Shown: one piece after another, positions 1 to 10,700 of the stretch
How positions within the stretch are numbered: position 1 is the stretch's first letter
Layout of the letters: the number at the start of each line of letters is the position of its first letter
Source of the DNA: Verrucomicrobiota bacterium
GTDB lineage: Bacteria; Verrucomicrobiota; Verrucomicrobiia; Limisphaerales; CANJSG01
Direction of reading: 5' to 3'
Length of the DNA stretch: 50,729 bases
Assembly (NCBI GenBank): GCA_038209745.1
Contig: JBBQXJ010000030.1
Coordinates: forward strand, 1-50,729
Position numbers and translations under genes: made by a program
The notes under the pieces: generated by a model
Seen by the model: only the letters and a program-made list of their open reading frames with translations
Database searches by the model: none
Told to the model about the DNA's origin: nothing

Positions 1-33
1 GTAAGCGTCCTGCGGAGCGGCTCTGTTAGAGCG

Positions 34-73
34 GCGGCATAGATGTCATAGGGATGGGTCTATGGCATCGATG
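34..73. repeat. Left subterminal imperfect palindrome of IS66, overlapping the tnpA start codon
   Basis: GCGGCATAGATGTCATAG (34-51) followed by CTATGGCATCGATG (60-73), the reverse complement of CATAGATGTCATAG with 2 mismatches. Confidence 0.75.
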
Positions 74-436
74 AAGCTGTTGAAGAGGGACGTGCTGGGG
101 CGGGTGCGGACGCCGAGGGCGAAACGGGAGGAGATCCTGGACGAGTTCGAAGGGAGCGGGGTGAGCGGAGGCGAGTTTGCGGAGCTGGTGGGGATCAAGT
201 ATCCGACGTTGGCCAGTTGGATCCAGAGACGGCGGCGCGAGCGCGGGACGTATGGCCGAAAAGCTCCGGTCAAGCCGGCCCAGAAGGTGCGTTTCCTGGA
301 GGCGGTGGTGGCGAAGGCCGATCCATCGTCGACCGCCCTGGAGGTGGAGGTGCCGGGCGGCGCGCGGCTGAGGATCACCGAGGCCGGCCAGGTGCCTTTG
401 GCCGTGCAGCTGATCCGGAGCCTCGCCTCATGTTGA
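62..436 (+). CDS. tnpA: IS66 accessory protein TnpA (HTH)
   Basis: 124 aa; REEILDEFEGSGVSGGEFAELVGIKYPTLASW HTH and LEVEVPGGARLRI C-terminal motif; first ORF in the IS. Confidence 0.9.
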   Translation: MASMKLLKRDVLGRVRTPRAKREEILDEFEGSGVSGGEFAELVGIKYPTLASWIQRRRRERGTYGRKAPVKPAQKVRFLEAVVAKADPSSTALEVEVPGGARLRITEAGQVPLAVQLIRSLASC

Positions 437-783
437 GCTTCGCGGGGAGCCTGAAGGTGTTCGTGGCGGTGGAGCCGTGCGACATGAGGAAGGGCTTCAA
501 CGGGCTCCACGCGCTGGTGACGGAACGGATGAAGGAGGATCCGAAGGCGGGTGCGCTCTTCGTCTTCACCAACCGCCGGCGCACCCGGCTCAAGATCCTG
601 TTCTGGGACCGGACGGGGCTGTGGGTCTGCACGAAGCGGTTGGAGGAAGGGACGTTCTCGTGGCCGCAGCCGACGGATGGCGGAGTGTCGAAGCTGCGGC
701 TGACGCCGGAGGCGCTCTCGTTGTTGACCGACGGGGTGGACCTGCGCGGACCGAAGCTGCGGCCGTGGTATGAGCGCGAATAA
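430..783 (+). CDS. tnpB: IS66 accessory protein TnpB (Orf2)
   Basis: DMRKGFNGL...LFVFTNRRRTRLKILFWDRTGLWVCTKRLEEGTFSWP signature; ATG at 430 overlaps the tnpA end. Confidence 0.95.
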   Translation: MLSFAGSLKVFVAVEPCDMRKGFNGLHALVTERMKEDPKAGALFVFTNRRRTRLKILFWDRTGLWVCTKRLEEGTFSWPQPTDGGVSKLRLTPEALSLLTDGVDLRGPKLRPWYERE

Positions 784-862
784 AACCGTGTAAAAACAGG
801 CGTTCCAGGCACTTCGTCGCTGACAACGGGAGGCTCTTTATCCTATAAGAAGAGCACCGAAG

Positions 863-2353
863 ATGACGCCGCGCGAAGCCGAACTCACAAGCCAGTTGGA
901 GATGGCCCTCCGGGAGAACGCGCTCCTTCGGCAGAAGATCGACCTCCTCGTCCGGCGTGTCTTCGGCTCGACGAGCGAGAAGCTTTCGCCCGGCCAACTG
1001 GAGCTGCTCCTCGCGTTGTCCGGGACCGCACCGGCGGTCGCCGCAGCCGCCGAGAAGCCCGCCCCACAAAACGTCTCCCGCCCCCAGAAGGAACGCGCCC
1101 CGCGCCTTCCGGAACACCTGCCCGTCGTCGAAGAAGTCCTCGACCCCGAGCTGGTGAAAGCCGCGCCCGAGCAATGGCGGCGCATCGGCGAGGAAGTCAG
1201 CGAACAGCTCGACTACGAGCCCGGCCGCTTCCTCCGTCGCCGGCTCGTCCGCCCGAAGTATGTCCGCAAGGACGACCGCGACGCGGCCCCGCTCATCGCG
1301 CCTTTGCCCGCTCGGTTGCAAGACAGGAGCCTGCCCACACCCGGCCTGCTGGCCCACGTGTTGGTCTCCAAATACTGCGACCACCTTCCGCTCTATCGGC
1401 AGGAGAAGATCTACGCCCGCCGCCACGGCGTGAACCTGCCCCGGCAGACGTTGGCCCGCTGGGTCGAACTCGCGTCCGACTGGCTCCAGCCCATCTACCG
1501 TGAGATCAAGTCCGGCGTGATGGCCGGCGGCTACGTGCAGATCGACGAAACGCCGGTGGATTATCTCGATCCGGGGCGGGGAAAGACGGGCCAAGGCTAC
1601 TTGTGGGTCTGCGCCAAACCCGAGGGCGACGCCGTCTTCCACTGGGAGACCAGCCGCGCCGCCGCGTGCCTGGCGAACCTTGTGCCCGTCGATTTCACCG
1701 GCATCGTGCAGTGCGACGGCTACGCGGCATATCCATCGTTCGCCCGGCAACACCCCAAGCCCATCCAGCTCGCCGGCTGCTGGGCGCACGTCCGAAGGAA
1801 GTTTTACGAGGCCCGCGCACAAAGCCCCAAAGTGACCGGCTGGTTCCTGCGCCAGATCCAACTGCTCTACCAGGTCGAAGCCCAGTTGCGGGAGCAGAAA
1901 GCCGGCCCCAAACTCCGCGCCGCCCTGCGGGCCAGCGCCAGCCGCTGGAACGTCGAACGCCTCCACCGCGCCCTGATCCGGCACAAAACGCGGCACCTGC
2001 CCAAGAGCCTCCTCGGCCAAGCCATCGACTACGCCCTCGGCCAATGGCCCACGCTGGAAGTGTATCTCGGGGACGGCCGGGTGGAGATCGACAACAACCG
2101 CGTCGAAAACGCCATCCGCCCAACGGCGGTCGGCAAAAAGAATTGGTTGTTCATGGGCGAAGCCGGAGCCGGCCAGAGAGGGGCCATCCTCTACACCGTC
2201 GTCGAAAGCTGCCGCCGCAGAGGGCTCGATCCCTACGCCTACCTCAAGGATGTCCTCACCCGTCTCCCGGACATGAAGAACCACCAGCTCCCCGAGATCC
2301 TCCCCGCCGCTTGGGCCAGATCCCGCCAGCCCCTCCACAAAATCGCGGCATAG
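863..2353 (+). CDS. tnpC: IS66 DDE transposase TnpC
   Basis: 496 aa; FGSTSEK, KYCDHLPLYRQ, DETP, CDGYAAY, CWAHVRRKF, IDNNRVENAIR, GKKNWLF, DPYAYLKDVL motifs. Confidence 0.97.
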   Translation: MTPREAELTSQLEMALRENALLRQKIDLLVRRVFGSTSEKLSPGQLELLLALSGTAPAVAAAAEKPAPQNVSRPQKERAPRLPEHLPVVEEVLDPELVKAAPEQWRRIGEEVSEQLDYEPGRFLRRRLVRPKYVRKDDRDAAPLIAPLPARLQDRSLPTPGLLAHVLVSKYCDHLPLYRQEKIYARRHGVNLPRQTLARWVELASDWLQPIYREIKSGVMAGGYVQIDETPVDYLDPGRGKTGQGYLWVCAKPEGDAVFHWETSRAAACLANLVPVDFTGIVQCDGYAAYPSFARQHPKPIQLAGCWAHVRRKFYEARAQSPKVTGWFLRQIQLLYQVEAQLREQKAGPKLRAALRASASRWNVERLHRALIRHKTRHLPKSLLGQAIDYALGQWPTLEVYLGDGRVEIDNNRVENAIRPTAVGKKNWLFMGEAGAGQRGAILYTVVESCRRRGLDPYAYLKDVLTRLPDMKNHQLPEILPAAWARSRQPLHKIAA

Positions 2354-2354
2354 C

Positions 2355-2395
2355 GCGGCATAGATGTCATAGCCTATCGCTACGACATCTATGCC
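2355..2395. repeat. Right subterminal palindrome of IS66 (same 18-mer as at 34-51)
   Basis: GCGGCATAGATGTCATAG (2355-2372), 7-nt loop, CTACGACATCTATGCC (2380-2395): 16-bp stem with 1 mismatch. Confidence 0.85.
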
Positions 2396-3861
2396 TTCAA
2401 CCGGTGCTCGGCAGGACGCTTACACTTCAGCGACGTGAGGAACGCCTCTTTCGGCAGAACATGATAGGTGCTCCAGCCGGGTGCCTCCGGTGAAATCCCC
2501 GTGATGGTCTGCGACAGAAAAATCGCGGGCGGATTCCAGCCGTGGTTCAGCGAGGAGCCTTCATCGAACGCATCGATCTGCGACGCCCACCAGCGGTCGT
2601 AATGCTCCCACAGCGTCGTGAAGCTGCACGGGATCATCGTCCGGTAGCGGTTCGACATCCGGAGCAGCGCGGCTTCCTGCCGGCCCATCATGCACAGTGC
2701 CTCGAAGACCCAGCGGTCGAAGAAGCAGCTGGCATACGTTTTCTTGCTCAAGACGTTTTCAAAAATCGCGTCCCACTTCGCCCGATCCGCCAGGCCGGAA
2801 TGCACCGCCATCGCGTTGGCGCGATCGTCGGGCGTCTTCACCTGCGACGACATGTAGTAGGAACCCTGCCAAAACCTGGTGTCGAACGTGCCCTGGATGT
2901 CGGCGAGTTTTGCGTCGATCACCGGCACGTCCGCTTCGTGCCCGGTCACGAGCGCCATTTTTCGCAGCGTCTTCAAGCAACTGAAATAGAAACACGTTTC
3001 AATGACCGCGGTGTCCTTCACTTCCTTGCCCCAGTCGAACCAGGTGTGCGGATCGCCGAACTTGTAGGTCTCGAAGAGGAACGTCTTCGTCGTGTCGTAA
3101 ATCGCGGCCATCGACTCGGTGTCGCCTGTTTGCAAGTAGTAGAACCACAGGCCCGATTCGCTCAGAAATTCCAAGTGTTGACCGGGATAAAACTTCGGTT
3201 GGAGCTTGCGCAGCACGAGATCCTTGGCGAGCCGATGGGCCGAGGAGTCGAACACGTAGAAGCACTGGTTCATCTCCGGCGTGCCATCGCCCCAAAAGCC
3301 GACGCGCTCGCGATCCGGGCAGTCGTAGAAATGATCCCTCATGCAGACATAGGCGGTGCGCGCCGCCTTGTTCCAGAGAGTGGTGAAGTCGGGATCGCTG
3401 CATTCAAACGAGCCGACAAACTCGGTGTTGAACCCCGTCTCCCGATACTGCACCGACTTCACCGTGACGCCCGCCGGGATGGTGTAGATCGCTCCTTCGC
3501 CGCTGACCCAATTCTTCGCCTCGTAGGTGTGCTCGCCCGCTTCCGCGGTGCAAGTTTCGGTGGGCGTGAGGTAGAGCACGAGTGGATTGCTCGAATTGAA
3601 CCGGATGACTTTCCCAGCAGCAGCCTCGATTCGGAGCGACGGCTGGAAGTGGCAATTGTAAGGAAGCGTGCAGACCAGTTTCCAGGGCGCATCCTCGGAA
3701 TGGGGCAGATCCTTCGACGTGCGGACGTAGTCCTTCAATCCGTAGTCTTTCATCAAGATGCGGCCGTGCTGCGGGTCTGCGGCAGAAAGCACCGCCCCCG
3801 CCCAGAACGGGAAAACTGCGAGCCACAGTCGGAATGATCGCGTGCAAAAATTAGTGTTCAT
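2389..3861 (-). pseudogene. Secreted alpha-L-rhamnosidase-like (GH78) glycoside hydrolase, C-terminus truncated by IS66
   Basis: Signal-peptide-like N-terminus; DCPDRERVGFWGD, TTLWEH and SLNHGW motifs. Native sequence stops at 2424 and the last residues (CKRPAEHRLKA) are read from the IS end. Confidence 0.8.
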
Positions 3862-4063
3862 TCTTTTAACAACCCTGCGCCGTCTCACAGAAACTTTTGC
3901 CGTTTAAAATGAAGAGCGAACACGATCGTGGCCTGTTCCCGATCGTCGGGCCGGATGCTGAGAGTTTTGGTTGGCTGACTTGTTGGAAGATGCGGGCATG
4001 GCGGACGAACTCGGGCCATTGATGCAATCTGGACGACTGCAGGCCGGTTCGTCCGATGTTTCG

Positions 4064-5290
4064 CTACTCCGGCATCTGCAATCCCAACTTCGTGGCCACC
4101 TGCATCACGTCTTTGTCGCCGCGACCGGAGAGGTTCACGATGATGAGCGATTCCTTCGGCATGGTCGGGGCGACCTTGATGGCTTCGGCGACGGCGTGGC
4201 TGCTTTCGAGGGCGGGGATGATCCCTTCGATCCGGGCCAGTTTCATGAAGGCGGCCAAAGCTTCTTCGTCCGTGGCGTAGGTGTAGTTCACCCGCTTCTG
4301 ATCGTGGAGCCAGGCGTGTTCGGGGCCGACGGCGGCGTAGTCGAGTCCGGCGCTGACGCTGTGGGTCGACTGGATCTGGCCGAAGTCGTCCTGGAGGATG
4401 TAGCTGCGGGTGCCCTGGAGGACGCCGAGCGAACCGCCGTGGAAGCGGGCCGCGTGTTGCTCCGGGAAGATTCCCAGGCCCCCGGCTTCGACGCCGGTCA
4501 TCTTCACCGAGGCATCATTGAGAAAGGGGTAGAACAAGCCGATCGCGTTGGATCCGCCGCCGACGCAGGCGAGGAGCAGGTCGGGCAGGCGCTCTTCCTT
4601 TTCCATGATCTGGCGGCGCGCTTCGTCGCCGATGACCCGGTGGAAGTTGCGGACCATGACGGGATACGGATGGGCCCCGTAGGCGGTGCCGAGGATGTAG
4701 TGGGTGTTGCGGACATGGGTGACCCAGTCTCGCATGGCTTCGTTGACGGCTTCCTTGAGCGTCTGTTGGCCGGCCTTCACCGGCACGACCTCGGCTCCGA
4801 GCATCTTCATCCGATAGACGTTCAGCTCCTGCCGCTTGCAGTCCACCGCGCCCATGTAGATGACGCATTTCATGCCGAACATGGCGGCGACGGTGGCCGT
4901 GGCGACGCCGTGCTGGCCGGCGCCGGTCTCGGCAATGATCCGGGTTTTGCCCATCCGCCTCGCCAGGAGCACCTGGCCCATCGCGTTGTTGATCTTATGG
5001 GCGCCCGTGTGGAGCAGGTCTTCGCGCTTGAGGTAGATCTTCGCGCCGCCGAGTTCCCTGGTCAGGCGTTCGGCGAAGTAGAGCGGAGTGGGCCGGCCGA
5101 CGAATTCGCGGAGGTAGTAGTTGAGCTCCTGCTGGAAGGCCGGGTCATGCTGGGCACGGAAGTATTCGGCCTCCAGCTCCTGCAGCGGGTGCATCAAGGT
5201 TTCGGGCACATAGCGTCCGCCGTAGGTCCCGAAATGCCCCTGGTCGTCCGGCATGGCCGGGGTCGCATACGCGGTCAGTGTCTCGCTCAT
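4064..5290 (-). CDS. trpB: Tryptophan synthase beta chain
   Basis: [15 protein letters not shown] (PLP lysine), [45 protein letters not shown] at 5290. Confidence 0.98.
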   Translation of the reverse strand: MSETLTAYATPAMPDDQGHFGTYGGRYVPETLMHPLQELEAEYFRAQHDPAFQQELNYYLREFVGRPTPLYFAERLTRELGGAKIYLKREDLLHTGAHKINNAMGQVLLARRMGKTRIIAETGAGQHGVATATVAAMFGMKCVIYMGAVDCKRQELNVYRMKMLGAEVVPVKAGQQTLKEAVNEAMRDWVTHVRNTHYILGTAYGAHPYPVMVRNFHRVIGDEARRQIMEKEERLPDLLLACVGGGSNAIGLFYPFLNDASVKMTGVEAGGLGIFPEQHAARFHGGSLGVLQGTRSYILQDDFGQIQSTHSVSAGLDYAAVGPEHAWLHDQKRVNYTYATDEEALAAFMKLARIEGIIPALESSHAVAEAIKVAPTMPKESLIIVNLSGRGDKDVMQVATKLGLQMPE

Positions 5291-5343
5291 GGGGGAACGG
5301 TAGAACAACCGCGAATCGGTGCAACCTTCGAGGCGGGAACAGG

Positions 5344-5415
5344 GTAGCCGCCGAGGTGACGAGGCGGACCCGATGGCGACCGACACGTTGTCCGGATCCT
5401 CACGTCGGAGGCCAC
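5344..5415. repeat. Degenerate GTAG-type REP-like inverted pair
   Basis: GTAGCCGCCGAGGTGACGAGGCGGA (5344-5368) versus TCCGGATCCTCACGTCGGAGGCCAC (5391-5415), about 19/25 complementary. Confidence 0.55.
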
Positions 5416-5418
5416 GGG

Positions 5419-6063
5419 CTACCGCCGGTTTCGGTCGTTCGCCGTATCGAACAGGTCGCCGCTGAGGAGATTGGTTCCCTTGCGGAACGAGCCGTCGGCG
5501 TTGCGATGGATGTCGTCCGCGGTCCAGAGCTTCTGGTCGGGTCCGGCGGAGCGGATCTCATAGCGCCTGTCGCCCAGGGAGTGGAAATGCAGCGGCGTGC
5601 CCCATCGATCGACGAGCTGCCCCTGCGGATTCAGGGCGACGTGCTGATCCGGCAGGAAGCGCTCGCGGGCGAGGTTCACGCCGCGCAGAGCCGTTGCCCA
5701 ATCTTCGTTCGCGCTGAGCGGCCGATCGGTGGCGCCTTTGACGAGGAGGGTGAAGCTGTCCATGAGCCGCGACATCAGGATGAGGTCGTGCTGCGGCGTG
5801 GAATGGGGGCCGGCGTAGCCGAGGAGGATCTGCTCGCCGAGCAAGGCCGCTTTTCCGTTCGCCTCGGTCAACGGTCTTTGGGCGGCGGCCACGGTTGCTT
5901 CGGCCACGGCGGAACGGGCGGCGGTTGCGGAACCTGAAGAAGGGGCCGAACCGGAAGGCGAATCCTCCGCGGGCCGGGTCTTCCACCAAAGCAACAGCGT
6001 GAGCAAACCCAACAGCGCGCTGAGGATGAACGTGGCCTGGACGCGGTGGGAAGAGGGTTTCAC
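5419..6063 (-). CDS. Membrane-anchored protein with a type II secretion pseudopilin G-like C-terminal motif
   Basis: One N-terminal TM ([16 protein letters not shown]) and [11 protein letters not shown]...[17 protein letters not shown], resembling the GspG DPWG..Y...SxGPDG..DD tail. The GTG start at 6063 is uncertain. Confidence 0.7.
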   Translation of the reverse strand: MKPSSHRVQATFILSALLGLLTLLLWWKTRPAEDSPSGSAPSSGSATAARSAVAEATVAAAQRPLTEANGKAALLGEQILLGYAGPHSTPQHDLILMSRLMDSFTLLVKGATDRPLSANEDWATALRGVNLARERFLPDQHVALNPQGQLVDRWGTPLHFHSLGDRRYEIRSAGPDQKLWTADDIHRNADGSFRKGTNLLSGDLFDTANDRNRR

Positions 6064-6156
6064 GGAACAATCTCTTTCGACGACCAAGCGAACCGGGGAT
6101 CTGCGAAGAGCCCGGCTCCACCGACTGCCGACGCGGTTCGGCAAAGCAGGGAAAAG

Positions 6157-6218
6157 CGCCGCACCCCGTCCCTCTCCCCATCGGACTGTGAGAGGGTGGC
6201 CGAAGGTCGGATGAGGGG
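6157..6218. repeat. CCCTCTCCCC/GGGAGAGGG-type palindromic intergenic repeat, copy 1
   Basis: CACCCCGTCCCTCTCCCCATCGGACTGTGAGAGGGTGGCCGAAGGTCGGATGAGGGG, clearly homologous to 40755-40816. Confidence 0.75.
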
Positions 6219-6291
6219 CCGCACAGGGTTCAGCATGTCGATTTCCTCAAAGCTCGCGTCAGACGAAGCCTCGCATCGGTCTTCACGTTCA

Positions 6292-7755
6292 TCACGCCTT
6301 GATGAAACCCAAAGGGCCCATCGCCGAGTTAGGGTCCCAGAAGTTCGAAATGTTCGGCAGCACGTAGTTCATGTTCGTGGCGGGCACGCCGAACCATTTC
6401 AGCATCTCGGCGAAGTATTGATCCACGGAGGTGGTGGGCAGGATGCGTCCGCCCCGGCCGATGTCGTTCGGTCCGTCCAAGGCAAGGTCCGGATAGGTGC
6501 CGACGATCTTGCCGCCATCGACCGGGCCGCCGAGCACCATGGCGTTGCCGCCCCAGGCGTGGTCGGTGCCGCTGCCGTTCGAGCGGAGCGTGCGGCCGAA
6601 GTCCGACGCGGTGAAGGTCACCACATCGTCGGTCAGTCCGAGCTGTTCAAGCGCGCGCTGGAATCCGCCCAATGCGGCGTCGAGATTGGCCAGCATGGTC
6701 GACTCCGTCGCGAGCAGTTCGCTGTGATGGTCCCAGCCCCCGTAGTTGACGAAAAAGGTCTGCCGACGCAGGCCGAGCGCGCTCCGGATCAGGACCGTGC
6801 GGAGCACCGACTTCAGCGTGCTTGCGAGGCTGTTGCCGGTGGGGAAGAGCGCGTTGATCGAGGCGTCCAACGCGGCGGCGTCGAACTTTGACTGGAAAAG
6901 CTGCCCGGCGTCGTCGCTGCGTTTGGTGATCTGGGAAAAGCTCTCGGTCAGGAGGTTCGTGTATTGGTGGTCCAAGGTCGCGCGCAACGCACCGTTCTTG
7001 AGCTGGAGGGGATTGCCCGCGGCTCCCCCGGAATTGCCGGTGAAGGCCAGCGCACCCGAGGAGGTGACCACGAATTGCTGGGTCGTTTCCCCGACCTGGA
7101 AGACATTGTTTCCGTTGAAGGAAATGCCCATCGAGGTCGCCCCGGTGTTGTAGGCATTGTGCAGGATGTCGGATGCGCGGCCGGCCCAGCCGGTGAGCTG
7201 GGCCTTGCCCTGCGGAATCGCCGTCTGCCACTGCTCCTGCTGGTCGCTGTGGGAGAAGAGCGCCTTGGGCACGGGGAGGGCGAGGTCGTTGCCATTGTCC
7301 CAGGCCACGTATTGGGCCTTGGTGACGGGCTGGACGAGGGTTCCCACGTTCGCCACGAGGGCGAGTCGCTTCTTGCCGGCGAAGTTTCCGGTGCCCGTCG
7401 CCATCTGGTGGAGGTTCGTGCAGGAGGGATGGAGGCCGAAGTCGTCCGCCGGCGCGGAAAGCCGGAGCAGCGAACTGCGGTCGATTGCCAGGCCCCCGTC
7501 GGTTCCGGTGACGCCCCGCGCCAACGAGTAGCTGTTGTAGCGCGCGCTTTCCCACGGCACGAGCACGTTGAACGAATCGCAGCCGCCGGAGAGGAACAGG
7601 CAGACGAGCGCCTTGCGGTCGGTGCCGGAACCGAGCGCGTCGGCGGCGGCGCTGTTGGCGAGACGGAGATTCAACAGCGTGTTCAGGACGGCGGACGAGC
7701 CGAGGGCGGCGCAGTTGAGCTGTTTGAGGAAGCCGCGGCGGGAAACGGGTTTCAT
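6292..7755 (-). CDS. DUF1501 family protein with a Tat signal
   Basis: SRRGFLK Tat motif; KALVCLFLSGGCDSFN, FGLHP, LFSHSDQQ, GWAGR, GGWDHH, SDFGRTLRSNGSGTDHAWGG. Start is 7755 or 7794 (the latter overlaps the upstream stop). Confidence 0.92.
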   Translation of the reverse strand: MKPVSRRGFLKQLNCAALGSSAVLNTLLNLRLANSAAADALGSGTDRKALVCLFLSGGCDSFNVLVPWESARYNSYSLARGVTGTDGGLAIDRSSLLRLSAPADDFGLHPSCTNLHQMATGTGNFAGKKRLALVANVGTLVQPVTKAQYVAWDNGNDLALPVPKALFSHSDQQEQWQTAIPQGKAQLTGWAGRASDILHNAYNTGATSMGISFNGNNVFQVGETTQQFVVTSSGALAFTGNSGGAAGNPLQLKNGALRATLDHQYTNLLTESFSQITKRSDDAGQLFQSKFDAAALDASINALFPTGNSLASTLKSVLRTVLIRSALGLRRQTFFVNYGGWDHHSELLATESTMLANLDAALGGFQRALEQLGLTDDVVTFTASDFGRTLRSNGSGTDHAWGGNAMVLGGPVDGGKIVGTYPDLALDGPNDIGRGGRILPTTSVDQYFAEMLKWFGVPATNMNYVLPNISNFWDPNSAMGPLGFIKA

Positions 7756-7790
7756 GGCGTTTGACAGGGGGGTCATCGGACGTGGCGGCG

Positions 7791-10700
7791 TCATCGCTGC
7801 ACGGCTCCTTCCGGACTGGTGGCTGCGATGTAGACGGCGAGCCGGACGCGCATCGTCGTATCGTAGGAGGGCACCTGGGCGACGGCGCCGAGGAGGGCGT
7901 CGCGGGTGAGGGAGGACATCGAGCCGCCGCAGAAGAGGAGGTTCACCTCGTCGGCCAGCTTCCGGGGATCGTTCGCTAAACCGATCAGGGCCGAATAGTC
8001 GGGCTGGAACGCGTAGTCGCCGTAGTGGGTGATGCCGTCCTCGGACAGGTCCCAGAGCAGGTTCGGCAGCGAGATGCTGGAGTAGCTGTCGAGGATCTGG
8101 AACGCAGGGGCGACGAGGCTGTGGTCGGCCAGCAGTCCGGGCGGCTGGTAGGTGGGGCGGAAGAAGTTGAACACGCTGGGCGCGTAGGTCGGTTCCTGGA
8201 ACGCCTTGGCGCCGAACTCGCCCCAGGTCCACCAGAGCAGGTTGGTGTAGCGGTCGAGGCGGCCCACGCGATGGATCGCCATCGCGCGCTGCACCGGTTC
8301 CTTGAGCCGGCCGAACTGGGGCTGCCCGAGGAAGGCGACGGGTTGGCGCGCCTCGGGGTCCAGCAGGATGGCCTTCACGACGGCGGCGAGATTGCCGCGG
8401 CGATCGGTGCCGTCGTTGGCGAACACGGCGGAGACGCGGGCCACATAGTTGCTGGAGGGATTGCTGGTGACGAGGAACTGGACCAGTTGCCGCCCGATGA
8501 AGGGGCCGGTGTTCGGATGCTCGAAGAGACTGCGAATCGCGTCGTCCACATCGCGGATGGCGTTCTCCGCCGACGGCGCGCGGGCGGGGATGACGAAACC
8601 ATGGAGCAGCGTCTTCTCGGCGAAGTCGTGCTTCTCCGTCCATAGCTGCATCGGCACGGTGTAGTCGTCGTCGTTCCATCCGCCGCTGCCCCAGCTCTGG
8701 CCGCCGAACCACATTCCGGTGAAGACTCGGGCGAACTCGGTGATCTGCCCATTGCCATAGGTCGGGATCGGCTGGCCCTCGGCGTCGAGCTTGCGGGACC
8801 CGTCGGGGTTGAGCTCCCAGAGGCCGACGGTGAAGAGCTGCTCCACTTCGCGGGCGTAGTTCTCGTCGGGGAACTGGTTCACCTCGGGCCGGGCCTTCTG
8901 GTTGCCCACGCTGCTGAGGTACCGGCCCATCACGGGATGGAAGGTCACTTCGCGGAGGATGTCGGCGTAGTTGCCGAAGGCGTTCCGGACAAAGATGTCG
9001 TAGTAGTCCGCCATGCCCAGCGGGCGGTTCTCCAGGTTCGCGTCGCGGCGCGAAGCCACGAGGATCTGGCTCAGCGCGAAGGCCACCCGCTGGCGCAACT
9101 GGTCTTTCCCTGCGATGGCCGCCCGGGCGAAGGATGTCGTGAGGTTGTTCCCGTTGATGTAGTCGTTGTCTTTGTTGAAGGAGTAGGTCAGGTCCGTGCG
9201 GGCTCCCCGGAAATCGGCGTAGATCTGCTCGATGTAGCGGCGATGGAGGGTGGCCGGTTGTTTCGTGATCTGGTCGTCGATCCAACCCACGATGCCGAGC
9301 GCCTGCACGCGGTCCAGCTCGGCGGAGGTGGGTCCGAAGGTGGCCTGCTGCAGCAGCCTCGCGGCCTGGGCCCGGGTCGCTCCGTTCGTCGCCGGGTCGG
9401 CCCGGAGCGCTTCCACCAGCGTCGCGTAGTCGCCGGAGACGGTGCCGATGACGTCGCCCCTGGCGTCGACCATCGCGGTCGGGAGCCGGCTGCTGTCGGC
9501 GCGGAACGGGTCCGTGCCCAGCAGGACCTCGGTCCAGTCGCTCACTCCGTCGCCGTCGCTGTCCCTGTCCTCCGTCACCACGCGATAGAACTCGAACGGC
9601 GCTCCGGCCATGCGATTGGTCAGGCGGACATTGCTCCAGCCGTTGCCGGTCAACGGGACGAGCGGCACTTCGATCCAGTTCGTCAGGGTGGTGCTGGAAA
9701 AGAGGCGCTGTCGCTTCTGCGGTTGTTCGCTCCAAGCCAGCACAACGTCGTTGGTCTGGTGGCTCATCGCCAGGAACACGCCGGAATTCGGATCGAACGG
9801 GTCGGTGCCGAGGCGCGCTTCCTGGGCGTTGGACAAGCCGTCGCCGTCCGCATCGCCGTTCGGATCCAGTCCGGCCGCGCCATAGCGGGCGGCCCATGCG
9901 TCCGGCAACCCGTCGCCATCCAGATCCTCGCCGATGGGCCAGGGTTTGCCCGCCAGGTCGGGGCGCTTGGCGGCGGACAATGGATTGGAGCCGTTGGCCA
10001 GCTCCACGGAATCACTGACGCCATCCCCATCGGTGTCGGGGTTGTGGGGATCGGTGCCGGCGAGGAATTCGTCGCGGTTGCTCAGGCCGTCGTGGTCGGC
10101 GTCCTGGGTGGCGTCGGCGGCGGAATTCTTGTCGAAACCGTGGGCGTCCTCCCAGACGTCGGGCATCCCGTCCTTGTCGGTGTCCTTGGCCGCCGCGAAA
10201 GCCGGGAGCGATTCGAGCGGCGTGGGCGTGAGGAAGAGGCGCACGCCGGGATGGACCGTGACGTTGACCTGGTTGGTGCGGCCGCTGAAATCGGTCCAAA
10301 GCGCCGTGCCGTCGTCCAACGACGGGGCTGCGGTGCTGTTGGTGTAGACCTTGGAGAGGACGATGGTGCCCCGGGTCTGGTTGCGGATCTCGAAGGTCAG
10401 CGTCCAGAGATTCGTGGTGGCGGCCCGCTGGGCGAAGGTGCGGAACCGAAGCCGGTCCGAGAGGTCGGTCGCGCCGTAGCCGCTGAAACCGAGAGCGGTC
10501 TTCAGGTCGGGAACGAAGGTGCCGTATTCGGCCTGCCAGATCGAGGAGGTGGGCTGCTTCTGCTGGCTGAAGGCGCCGGTGCGTTCCGAGTGGAAGAGGT
10601 AGCTGACGGAGCCCTTGAAGTAGCGCAGCTCCATGCCGATGGAACGCCAGTTGTTGGTCCCCGCGTTCTGCACGCCGAAGGACAGCATCGTGTCCTCGTT

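Larger units (their letters stand above)
1..2423 (+). mobile_element. Complete IS66-family insertion sequence (tnpA-tnpB-tnpC)
   Basis: Terminal inverted repeats GTAAGCGTCCTGC (1-13) and GCAGGACGCTTAC (2411-2423), with the GTAA ends typical of IS66, enclose three ORFs in canonical IS66 order. Confidence 0.97.

Noticed and set aside
430..783. RNA-guided TnpB nuclease
   Set aside because: This is the ~117-aa IS66 accessory protein that shares the name; it has no RuvC motifs.
5291..5418. Trp attenuator upstream of trpB
   Set aside because: No Trp-rich leader peptide or U-tailed terminator; the structure is better explained as a REP-like pair.
6292..9897. 1201-aa ORF as a single protein
   Set aside because: The portion upstream of ~7794 is an alternative-frame overlap of the DUF1800 gene; only the DUF1501 part looks real.
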